The position numbers and the translations under genes were made by a program. A stretch of 63,983 nt of DNA, the filler included, from Circinaria calcarea (lineage: Eukaryota): NCBI GenBank assembly GCA_051942165.1. It is 10 parts of 10 records of this genome, joined end to end, with 100 filler letters (N's around TTAATTAATTAA, not from the genome) between each part and the next. Parts side by side here need not be neighbours in the genome. Positions count along the whole stretch, not along the records: positions 6,476 to 12,848 come from JAVECS010001602.1; positions 12,949 to 19,321 come from JAVECS010001603.1; positions 19,422 to 25,791 come from JAVECS010001604.1; 7 more parts are not named here. The stretch is one strand, 5' to 3'. Position 1 is the stretch's first letter. Each line of letters starts with the position of its first letter. The notes beneath the pieces are model-generated. The model was not told the DNA's origin, searched no databases, and worked only from the letters and a program-made list of their open reading frames with translations. Of this stretch, positions 11,752 through 23,390 are shown piece by piece.

Positions 11752-12848
11752 TCATGCAGAAGGAAAGGACGGGTTGGGGGATGCAGCGGGTGGTTCCTTA
11801 ACTCCCGGTGAGAGCGCCCCCTGTGCTCTCTGTTCTTTGGCCCTTTTGATATCCTTGAGCATTTCCGACAGGGCCTCCATGATGGCTTTCTCGGGCCGAC
11901 TGATGGGCTCGCTCGAGGCTGGCTGGTTTCCGAGAACGCGGTTGGTGGCCGACTCGATGACCTTTTCGACGTCCGGGAGGTCGGGCATGGACTTGATCAT
12001 GGCGGCTTTAAACGCGCCGATGGCGTTGAGGACGTCGGGCTCGGGCTCGCTATGGCAGCTGCTGCTGCTGCTGGCCAGAGGTTGCGGAGCGGAGCCATGG
12101 CTTTGTGATGGTGGCTGGTAAGCATTGAGTGTGGTTGATGGCTGTGGATGGTGTCCGGGATGAGGCGGGTGTTGAGTCGCTGTAGGGAGATTTAGACTCT
12201 GGCGGGATGCCTCGCCGGCGACTGCATGAGACGACAGGGCAAAGTGTGAAGGAGGCTGTGATGGAGCCGGGACTGGCGCCTGCGGTAGCGAGGTAGACTG
12301 GTAGGGGGACTGGTAGGTAGAGTTTGTAGAACTGAGAGGTCTGGCAAACGCAAGTGGAAGGCCATTGAGGTTAGGCTGGAAACTCACTTGTGGGGCCTGC
12401 ATACCGGGCTGCCCTGTGTATGGCTGGAAGCCGGTTTGCAACTGACCGTTAACTGGAGTAGCCGACCATGGTTGTGCGTAGTACTGTGAGGTCGGTAGTG
12501 GTTGTCCTCGAACATAGTCCTGTGGCGTATGAACGGGTGGTGAAGTTCTTCTTTTGGTGTGTTTCTCGATCGAAACCGAACGGTCAAGACCCCACATCCA
12601 ACCCTTTCCCTCTCGTTCGATCTTGTTGAAAGCTGGATGCCCCGACAGATTATGACGAATGCTACTCTGCCAGCCTGTGGTTCCAGGAACGAATTTGAAG
12701 TGTGGATAACGCCTCATGACAGCCCGATAGATCTGAGGTAGTGACATAGTCCCAGTAGGAGAGTTACTCAGTACTTCATGGAGGATAACCACGTAGGACT
12801 GAGATGGCTTTCGTAACTGTTCCTCGGTGTAATCTTTTATGTCCCCCC
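11752..12848 (-). CDS. Forkhead-domain transcription factor (Fhl1/FhpA-like), 5' truncated
   Basis: RKPSQSYVVILHEVLSNSPTGTMSLPQIYRA...GWQSSIRHNLSGHPAFNKIEREGKGWMWGL, then a P/Q/S-rich tail. Confidence 0.85.
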
Positions 12849-14337
12849 NNNNNNNNNNNNNNNNNNNNNNNNNNNNNNNNNNNNNNNNNNNNTTAATTAA
12901 TTAANNNNNNNNNNNNNNNNNNNNNNNNNNNNNNNNNNNNNNNNNNNNGGGTGGGGGTTGGTTAGTTTTCCCAATGTTTCTCCATGTTTCTAGGGGATTT
13001 TTTCCCTTTTTTGGTTTAGGGGGATGTGATTGGGGGTAAGGTTTTTCTTTACTTTTTACTTTTTATTATTATTATTTTTAAAAAAGGGAAATTTGGGGGA
13101 AGGAGGGAAGAAAAAGAGGAAAGAAGGGAAGAAAAAGGGGAAAGAGGTACAAGGAAGAGGGGGTTGAGGTTTTGGGGTTTGAAGAAATTTCCTGGTGCAG
13201 GGGACGGGGGAGGGAGTGGTTAGCCCCCCGGGGGAATATACTAACAGTAGGGAGTATAAGCTATGATAATTCCCCGACTAATTTCCCCGTGGTGATAGGC
13301 GAGAAGCTTACGAAACAAACCATTTTGGCCGCCCAATAAAATGAAAGCCTTCCTTCGCCCCCGAAGAGTCGAACGCTCATGCGGAATGACTTTTGCAGCC
13401 CAATACACTATTTTCCTACGGCAAGCATTTGCTGCTTTTCCTCCCTTCCTTCCTTCCTTCTTGCCCTATCGAGTTTCCTCGACCAAACTCCCGCCGACGT
13501 TCTGCAATGTCCTGAAGGTTTTGTACACAAGCCATCGTACTCCGGACTCCGTAACCCTCTCCCATCTTACCAAAATATTCGGTAGAACCCGTCCGCCTCC
13601 GCGACGTACCACTCGTTTCTCGGAGTAATCGAGTGATTGTTCACTCCTCCTCGCCCGGTCCACGGTAGCAGCCGGCGGATGTTCAGGTTGGGGGGTTTGT
13701 TCGTATGGGTCCGTCGTTAAGTCTGTTGCCAATTTAATTCCCCGAACGGTTCGAACTTGACTTGTAAACCGATGTGATTCGGGTGAGTATGATGGAATCC
13801 AAGAGGGGGGGGGGGGAGGAAAGCTGCAGCAAATTAAACAGTATATGAAGCTACTAAACGTGTTGCTGTAGACATTGGCCCAAAATAAGAGACGGAAGAG
13901 AAAGGTTCGAAATATCCAATACACGTCACCGTGGTCTTATGCAGTGACAGTAGCACGGCTAGAAAGTAAAGGAATTAGGCAAGGGCAGCATTGGGGCGAG
14001 AAGTGATCGGTTGCCGAAATGCCAAAATTCCTCGCTTGGTGTTCCGTTGGGGTAAGTAGTGCATTGTTTGAAGGGAAGTCCTCCTTGGGATAGGTTGAGT
14101 GCGTAGTGTAATAAGATTTGACGAGATTATGAAACTGTATTGTGTTGTCTTACACCATCAAAAATTTAGATCAGAGACTGAATTTTGCTAGAAAGCACGC
14201 ATGAGAGCCAACGTGATGATAAATAAAAATTTATCCCAGGCGGAAGACCCAAGGGATGATTGCGTAATATAGTGATTGGAGGTCTGTAGAATTTCTTGGA
14301 TAGTCTGAGCCGAGAATGGCAAATGGAAAACAACCGC

Positions 14338-14557
14338 ACTGTGGTTGTAGGCATGGTAAATGTTAGCGCAGATTTTCGACCAATCCGGTATTCCCAGCAA
14401 AAAAGCTATACAAGTTCTTAGAAAAAGGAGGTGTAATATGGAGGCTATCCTCCAGTGTATATTCCAGCTGTCTCTATGAAATTAAACTGTCGTTGGGCCT
14501 TTTATGATTATTGCAAAGAGAACCACGCTGCCATCTATTACGCCCCTGGACCACAGT
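14338..14557 (-). mobile_element. Degenerate copy of a ~215-220 bp TIR-bounded (MITE-like) unit, inverted relative to 18713-18926
   Basis: Aligns by eye end-to-end with the reverse complement of 18713-18926, differing mostly by transitions; ends are ACTGTGGT...ACCACAGT. Confidence 0.6.
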
Positions 14558-17500
14558 AAATCGTCAAGCGCACCGCAATTTGAGGGTCATGTAGGACGGG
14601 CGTTGGTCAAGAGAAAAAGGGATCGAGTTTCGCATCATCCCTTTTTACCGATTCGGACAAAAGAGCCCGACGGCAAGATTGCGCTTTGCCCCGAAGATGT
14701 GTTCAAGCTTCTGAAAGACGTCGGGTACCTCGACCCATACTCCGTAGCGTCAGGTACCATCAAAAGTAGTATCCCCTTTCTTACGTAACAGTGATGACGC
14801 GAAAGCTTGAGGCCGCGGGGATCAGGAAAAAAAAATCCATAGGACGCAAATAGTCAGCCCCTCATCGGGCTTTGTTTTCTGCACCATGTTCCCATGGTGA
14901 GACAGTGCGAACGAGGGCAGGACTGACTAGGGAGCAGCTGGACACTCGTATACGCCCCTGGTATATCCCGGAGTCAAAGGAAGGTGCTCGATGCTGCCGT
15001 CCAGTCGGCGCAGAATGGAGACAGAAGCCGAACGCGGGAGAGCAATGTCTAATGGAGCTACACCAGAGGGGAAATGATTTGGCATTAACACTAATCCGAC
15101 TTGACGATTGAAGTTAGTAAAAGGAGGGTGATCACCGATCAAGATAAAAATGGTTCAGCTGTAGAAAGACATTCAAGGATTAATTTTCAGCGGGTCAGCA
15201 ATTTGGACCCTATAAAATCAAGCTAGGTTGTCACATTGCGGAAAAGAGGATCAAGTTGCAACTGCCATAGCAGGTTTGTAGAGTACCTTCACCGTAGGAT
15301 TATCGACATGCAATACGTGTCGCTTAATGGAATACAACTGCCACTTTCCTAAGGGCGTCGGATATTTGAGCCTCAAAAGCGGGGAAACTGGAGCTTCGTT
15401 AAACTTTGGTAGTAAGGTACATGATTGGATACAAAATAAAGCCAAAGGCGCAATGACAACTGAGGCGTTGGTGGCGTAAATCAAAATAGCGAATGGATCC
15501 TAGTACATTCCGGTACCTGCCGGGACCTGATTGTGGATTGTCCACTTCACCGACAACGGGTTGCTCCAACAGTCTATATTCATATACCATTCCTTCCATT
15601 CCAACTATTGCAAGAGTTTGTGTCGTGTTCATTGTACAAGGGTATCCCAGAAGACAGAAAGGGCAAGAAAGACATCAAAGCGCTTGCTAACAAGGAAAAG
15701 AGACGCGTGGACAGGCGGGAAATATGGTTGACGGATAAGGCGCGGTTCGGGTATTAATGTTATCGATAGTAAACCGAGCCTGCGGTCCACGACGAGTGAG
15801 GCCGAAGGAGAATATGGCATTCGTATCACTCCAACTGTGCCACCTGCGACCTTCCCGACGACCGGGTTCCCCAAAGCCACAATGATCACCGATTTGTTGA
15901 ATGGATTGGGTGCAGGCTATTCCGAAAACGGGCAAATGCCAGGGTGAGACTTGTCTATTGTTTGTGCCGAGTGGTTGCACGAGGTGAGGAATGAATCGAT
16001 AATGGGAGGTCTTCGAATGGGTACGAAACGATGGATAACGGCGTTCAGTGGAGCAAAGGCGCCGAGAAAACGTGCGTATTGAGAACACAACCTATTACTT
16101 TGGAACAGGAGGAAGAGGCCTGTTTGGGGGCGGACCTGGACAAGGCGGATACTGAGTTTGCGAAGGGCCATGATTGTTTGAAGGCATAGCTGAAGATGGT
16201 ATGCCCCGGCTTGTGCTAATATTGTGCTTCGGGTATTGATCGAGGTAGCGAGGATAGGATGGGCTTGAGGAGAGCGCTGGATCAGAGACAGAAGATGCTT
16301 TGCAGAGGTTGGAAGGTGAGACCGTTGAGTGATGTTAAATGGTAGCGTAGCGTCGAGGTCTTTCCTTTGTTGATGTTCTGCTGGTGTAGAGGAGGAAGGG
16401 AGGGATGAAGGTATTTATGAGACAAAGAGGCCTCCTTGGACCGTTTGATGAGCCCGATTACTTCATTACTCATCCAGCTGTGAGTAGCGTCCGCGACACA
16501 AGGCCCGCTCGGATGCTCTCCCATCTGCTAATAATAAGACCAAGAGGATAAGCTCACTGATGTTCTGTCGCTCGATAGGCAATCAGGCGAAACCCATGCC
16601 AGCTGAATTAAACAAGGTTGGCCGACCAGGGCGACCCCTGGCGAGCTAATAAGTGGCAGAGTAAAGAGGACAACGACAAGGCCGAGTCGGTCAGCCGGAA
16701 GACTGGCAAATTGGTCGTGAGCGTCCTGAGACAAGGCTGAGGGGTGCCGGGGCCGGGGCCGTTGCTTTGGTTGGAAAGGGCACATGACAATCATTATTTA
16801 CCCCCTTGCGGCCATCAATAGTTTGCCAGTGTCCGTCTTGGGTCACAGCCAGGGTGTCCGCTCGGCGGCGGTGAGCTGTAGCAGCAGAAGTGGAGGAGCA
16901 ATGATTCAAATGGCCCGAGATGAGGAAACGGATACGAGCCGGAAAGTCGTAGTGCCTGCCTGGTTTGAGTTTGAACCTTTCTGGACGGAGAATGCAGGCT
17001 GCCTCCTGTCAGACTGGCGTGTCACTCCGGGGGGATGTTGCCAGGCTAGAGGATTGCGAAGGTACAGTAGACTGGAGTGGCGGGAAAACCACAGGACTGA
17101 CTCGTTGGAACCCTGGCGGCGGCCATCCAGAGTGATTCAGCCGAAAGTACAGTGTCCTACGTAGGCGGGCTGCCATTTGCCCCGTTGCCAGGGCCGAGTC
17201 TTGCTTGCGTCAGACGTGGGGAGCATTGGGGAGGGCGAAAAGTAAAATTTGCTCAAAGGTAGGGGGCGAAAAAGGAAATTGGAGGTCGGGAAAAGGGGAA
17301 GTGAGAATGCTCCTGGTCCCTGTCTCATCTCTGACCCCGGTCCTAGACAAGAAGGCCAAGGAACATTCAAGGAAGGAATTTAGCGTCTTGATTAGCTGCC
17401 TTGAAGATCTGAAACCCGTTCGAGATCTTCTGGTAGAACCTTAAACAAAAGAAAGCGTTGCCAACTGCTGCAGCTTGATATTAGTGTCTGAGCTTCGAGC

Positions 17501-18712
17501 TTCGAGCTGTCGCTGTCCTTCGTGTGTATTCTCATCGCTGTATCAGATTAACGTGGGCACCCAGGAACTTGAAATCAAACACTTTGGTCCCTACAATCCA
17601 TCATTCCGATCACCTCTCGAAACAAGCAATCTACAGGAACAACCTTGGCCAGGTCTCACCGTGGTTGCTGCCAAGATCGCTTCAACGCCAGGTCTCGAAG
17701 CAACCATTACGGTAAAAGGCCAATCTTTACATCAAGGCCTCACAAGACAACTGCCACGGCGTCGAGACGGACGTCAGACCTGTACAACATTCGGATGTCA
17801 CGGCGAAATCTTGTATTGAACCGCAATATTCCTATGAGCCGCGGCAAACAAGAGTCTGAGCAGCAAAGCCAGGACGTCACCCAATCCCCTCGAATGTCCT
17901 AGGGTTTCCTTTCATAAGCTTCTTAGTGGATTCTCGGACTCTTTCTAATATTCATGTCTAATGAGTCCAATTCACGATTTAAGATCAAGTCATATCGCAC
18001 CTAAAATAGTCTTGCAAGAGTAGATCAGGATGAGAGTCGTCGGGGGTTGGCTTGCGCAAGGGAAAATGCGGCTGCAGGGGCAAGGGCGAATCCTGATGGC
18101 TGCCACGTGTGAGCTCTTACCAGGGGCCGACAGCCGTCATCTGTTACCATGGGTCGATTGCAAGGTCTACATTCCGTGCATCATCGTTACAGATTGAGTG
18201 ATAGGTATTCCAACTGTCGTCATCAGCTCTGTGTCGGCCGCACTCTATCAAAATATCCATACGGGTGTCACAGGAGAGCTGACGTGTTCGCAATGATTCG
18301 TCTCAATCATTCCGTTAGAACCGGGAATTTTTCGGATCCAGGATTGTGGATTGTTCATTGGATTGCGTACTGCAGGAAAAAGGTACTCTTCAGCGGCGAG
18401 TTTGGACGCCTCTTTCAGCCCCCAAGCCTCGTTGCTGACATTTTTTGGGGGGCGGAGACGTCGGCTATCTTCTGCTGCCGAGGGTAGCGCTGGTATACGG
18501 CAAGCGTGCCCCCATTAGCTGAGGCTCTTTCGTATTTTGGCATCCAGGATTTTCCGGTTATGTTGCGAAGGATTGGGAACTTTGCGGGATTCGAAGTTAA
18601 TTATGGATCACCCACGAGACAAATGGTGACTTTGCCGTTGCAAGCTATTCCTCATGGGTCATTTCAATGCGGCAAAAGGCGCGCGCGTGTACTCCTTGAT
18701 ATTTAATTGTAA

Positions 18713-18926
18713 ACTGTGGGCGCAGGCATAATAGATTAGTGTACTTCTCTTTGCAATGATCGTAGAAGGCCCAATTGACAGTATGATTTCATATAAAAAG
18801 ATGGAATATACACCGGAGGACGCCCCATATCACACCTCCTTTTTTCAAGAATTTATGCAGCCTTTGCTGAGTATACCGGGATTGGTCGAAATCCGCGCTG
18901 ACATCTATTATACTTACGACCACAGT
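18713..18926 (+). mobile_element. 214-bp MITE-like unit with 24-bp terminal inverted repeats
   Basis: Left end ACTGTGGGCGCAGGCATAATAGAT matches the reverse complement of the right end ACTGTGGTCGTAAGTATAATAGAT at 20/24 positions; a second copy lies at 14338-14557. Confidence 0.65.
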
Positions 18927-19421
18927 AGACGATGTGATGGGGAGTATTGGTTGCCCGTTCCATTTCAGCCAGTTTGCCCTGAAGAAAAGCCCCAAAGACG
19001 CATAGGTACCCAGGCAACCAGTTCGGTTTTGTCATATGATCCTGCGCCTTCTGGATAAGGGCCTAAGCAGGCTATCATCCGCCTCAAATCGATTGTCCAG
19101 TGTCTGATCGAAACCAGCACGCGTGTGGATACATTGATGATCAGTACCACAGCGACCAGGTATGTAAAACGGCGTCAAAGTAGGCTGACACAATGCCAAT
19201 GGCCTATCTTTAACGGTCAGCATATATGTCTGCAACCGGGCACTGAATGCCACCACCATGCTCTCCTGTCCCTAACCTATACGACCGTGGCTTGGTATTA
19301 GTCCCTCATAGATCCAGCTGANNNNNNNNNNNNNNNNNNNNNNNNNNNNNNNNNNNNNNNNNNNNTTAATTAATTAANNNNNNNNNNNNNNNNNNNNNNN
19401 NNNNNNNNNNNNNNNNNNNNN

Positions 19422-22400
19422 TTAATCGACGGCGTCTCCACATGTGCGCCATACTGCTCGCATTTCTCGATAAAGTCGGCGCTAACCTTCAGATTCTCCG
19501 CTCCGCTCAGCGCTTTGGTGATCATGGCCTCGCTCTTCTCCTGCACCAGCCGTCTGAACGCACTGACCAAGAAGGCCGACACCAGTTCCATGGACCACGA
19601 GTCGGGGATCTGGTTCAAGACATAGGTGACATCGAACCAGTGTCCGAAGCGGGCAAGAAGTTCGCTCGTCCGTTCTATTCTGTCGCCAATGTCGTCAATG
19701 CGGAGGAACTCGGAAAAGAGGAACTTGAATAGCCTGGCCTGTTCATCGGGAGAAGGGACGGACTGAGGGTCTACAGGTCCGGAGGTGGGGTGGAAGATAC
19801 TCGATCCTCCCAGCAGGCAATAATTGATGGCAGTGTGATAGTCGCCTAGTCCATGGGTCAGCAAACGGATTGCCTGTTGATGCCTCCCTTGTCGACCGTC
19901 AAGGATGATAGACTCCGGGACCAAGTCTTGTTCAAACGGCTCGATGCGTTCCAAAATACTTGGGACATCATACGAGAATGCTGCACCATGACTACCACCC
20001 AGTAGTTCCAAGAAACGCAGTCGGTCGTGCCACCAAGGAGCGTGAATCGCATTGTCGATGATGAACTGGCGATAGGTAGGCTTTGGCGGATGTAGAGCCC
20101 TATAAGACTCGTAGGATTGGGACAGGATAGAGCGAGCTTCGCTCGACGATTTCAGTATCGCCAAGACGTTATCAAGGTAGTACGATATGAGATCGTTAGC
20201 ATACTGCATCTTCTTCTTGCCAAATACAAGATGTTCGAGGTACACCTTGACAGCATCAGGAGCTCGCAGCTTTAGAAGCTGAACGACCTGGTTCGGTGGT
20301 AGTTTGACTCTGCTGTTGTCATCTGTAAAGACCTGTACGCCTATAAGAGGATTCCGCCTTGCTAGCCAGGTCCCGTATTCCTCAACCAAAGTCAAGTCTC
20401 TAATTTTTATTAGGTACTTTCGAACCTCGTTCTCCCCATCCTTGAGTTCACCCCCTCTATCAACCTCGCCATCAAGAATTCTTCTCCACGTGGCGAGCAC
20501 TTTTCCTGACATCTTTCTGCTTTGATACAGTCTGCTGAGTACATAGAGCCGTTGAAATTCCTCAAGCAAATCGACCGCGCGCTCAAAACAGCTGACTCCA
20601 TTATCTATAACTGAATATAATTCCGTTCTTATAGATCCAGATGACTGAACTGCACGTCCTGTGGATACCGACTGATCCTGATAAAGCAGAATATGTAACA
20701 ATGCTGCGTCCACTGTTGAAAACACCTCGGTTTCATCGGAGATACTACCAAATCCTTTCCGTTGCCGCCAAACGAATAGATATCGTTTGAGTAAATTGAA
20801 TAGTGCAAATATCTCAGAACTCAAAGAGGCTTTGCTAAAGTTTGGACCTTTCGAAAGGTCGGGAACTTGCGTCTCCATGAGGGACACTAGACCAGCGTGA
20901 ATCCAGATGCCCCTAGGGCCTTCTGCAACATCTGGGCGTAGCAAAGGTATTAAAGACAGAATCACCCTCGGATCCACATTACCTTCCAGTATCTGTTCTT
21001 CGTTCACCCTATCTTTTATCTCGCGGGCATTCGTTATTAGATTGGTAAACATGATGAGGCTGGCTTTTTGCCTGATATAGTCCAAACCCAAGAACTCCGT
21101 CTCACTTCTTGCCTCCCGATTGCGGATGTCGTCTACAATGACCATGAGCTTATCCTTATCTAGCAGAGATTCCGATGATGCGTCTAAAATCGTGTCGATG
21201 GTCGCATCCAGCCTCAAAATCTGCGGATTTCTCACCACCCACTTGATGGAAGAACCTGTCCACGTTAGAACTCGACTAGAGCCTTGCCCTAGTCTGCTTG
21301 CGAATTCGTCTTCCTGCTTGTTCCTTAGAATCTCCCATTCCTCTATCTGTGAAGGTGATATTTTGGATTTGTCATGGAAGAGTCTGAGCCGCCTTAAGCG
21401 TAGCTTTTCTTGAATATCAGGAAACGATAGATCAGCGCGGGTTTGACTAATGGCTAGCCCAGCGTGACCATGCTGCCGACCTGTTAGGCTCCCTTCATTC
21501 ATAGTATCCATGGAGTCATCTGTCAGACTCAGCCAATCTCTCTCTTCTCCAGTATTCGTGTCCCACCTTTGAATCTCTATTCCCACTTCGTTGTCAGAAG
21601 CTGTCGGCCGTGTAACGGAAGCTAAAACATAGCCTTCGGAATTATCTTCAAGAGATTCAGGAATAGTATCCATTGACAAGCCACCTCCATCCACAACAAC
21701 AGCATGCGGATATCGACTAAACTCCAAAGTTCCCCGCACAACATCACCGTCACAGTTCACAAATATACCCACACCTGGTTCATCAGACATGGTACCTGTC
21801 GTTAGCAGAAACTCTGTACTGATTGGCGAAGTGATTTGTGGTTTTAGCATTGGTGCTACACGTCTTGGAGGTGAAGCCTTGCTTGTTGGGTGTGTGGGAT
21901 CATTCGATGGAAGCGGGAGTGGTTTCTCTGGCGTTAAAGGTCTCTTGAGTGAGCTCCCGATATTTGGGCCATGTCTAGCAGGCGAGAGATTCTGAACTGT
22001 CGAGCGACTCCTCACGCTTGTTTCCGGATTATCGCGGAACAATATTTCCCGGCCTCTTGACCGGGAATCTGCCGTACTGCGAGCCTCCGCCGACTCAACG
22101 AAGCCTCCGAGACTCGTACTCTGATTATGGGCATTGATATCGCTCTCAACCATAGCAGATCGAGGGTATGCCGATGACGAACTTCGAGCAGCTGTTTGCT
22201 CAGGGGTTGAAGATAAATCCTCCATTGTTCCTCCCGCAACAGACCCAGCATAGCTTTCCAGTGATGAGATTGGGAAAAGAGGAATCTTTTGTTGATTGTC
22301 AACATCAAGTAAGGCATATGAATGAGCGTCGGCAACGCAGGCGAATCTACTTCGTCGAGCAGAGGCCAAGCAACCAGGGTATTCGATATTTCGTACAAGC

Positions 22401-23027
22401 CGCGGTGGACCGTCCTCGTTAATTCTGACAATTCTTATTCGATCCCTGATGCATATCATCACAACCTCATCTCCTGCTTCATCACCGTGAGTGTCAAGGT
22501 CTCTTCCTCCTATCCAAGTACAGTTTGCGATCTTCGTTTTGGGAAAAGCCGGACTCAGCTCGGGCAGGCTGTAGAATGTTAAGACACCATTGCAGAGAAT
22601 GCATGCTTTGTGGACTCTGGGCAACAAGGCAATCGATTGGACGCCTGGTGGATTCTGTAGTGTTGGGGGAGGAGCGGTTGGCTGCAGACGAGATGCCAAT
22701 ATGAATGTTGCCGTCTGGGATCCATCCTGTGCTTCCCCCAGTATAGACACAAAATGGAGAATCTCAGAGGCCGATGTGCCAACGTATAGATTACCCTCTA
22801 GTGCGTGAACGCAGTATCAGCCTGCTGTGGATATATTGCCTAACACGGACGTGGAATTATATACCCCAAAAGTCCACGCAAGTAATCTCTATATGAGACT
22901 GATCGTTGTCGACTGAGAGCGGGGCATCTTGCAGTAGAGGTCTAAGGATATATGGCCCAACTGGAGGAGGAGTGCGCCGTTTCCGCTTTCGAGATGCTCC
23001 CTGCTCATGCTCTGCAACTAGTGCCAT
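19422..23027 (-). CDS. Vps3/TGFBRAP1 (Vam6/Vps39-family) CORVET-type tethering subunit with CNH domain; last codons cut at contig end
   Basis: ATG 23027, GPYILRPLLQDAPL..ITCVDFW|EGNLYVGTSASEILHFV (intron 22798-22864), LCNGVLTFYSLPELSPAF, ACVADAHSYALLDVD, helical C-terminus with IPDSWSMELVSAFL. Confidence 0.88.
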
Positions 23028-23390
23028 CCTCTAAACGTTCAAAACATTCGTTATCTGTAGAAGTTGATTTTCATGTTGACAGAATTTTACGAGTGGACTG
23101 ACGGGCCTCCAATGTAAGTTAGGCAACAGGGTATGCACTGATTTTGGGGAGGGGGGGGGTCTCCTAATGAGGCGGAGGTTTACCGACATCACTCCGCAAA
23201 GTGGTCCGTGTCCTCTCTGCAACTCGTCCTGCGCGTAGCAGACAGGTGAAACTACTACAAGTTAACTTCTAGATGATCGGGATACTGCCGAACCATCCCT
23301 CGAACATTGATAGTCCTCGCTAGTCAATTCAATATACTGAATCTTATAACTTGCGGCGGGGTTAAAGCTGACTAGGCGCATTCATGCCCT

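Noticed and set aside
12949..13250. Homopolymer-rich low-complexity stretch with ORF 13026-13223
   Set aside because: Looks like low-quality contig-end or simple sequence, and the ORF has no credible protein features.
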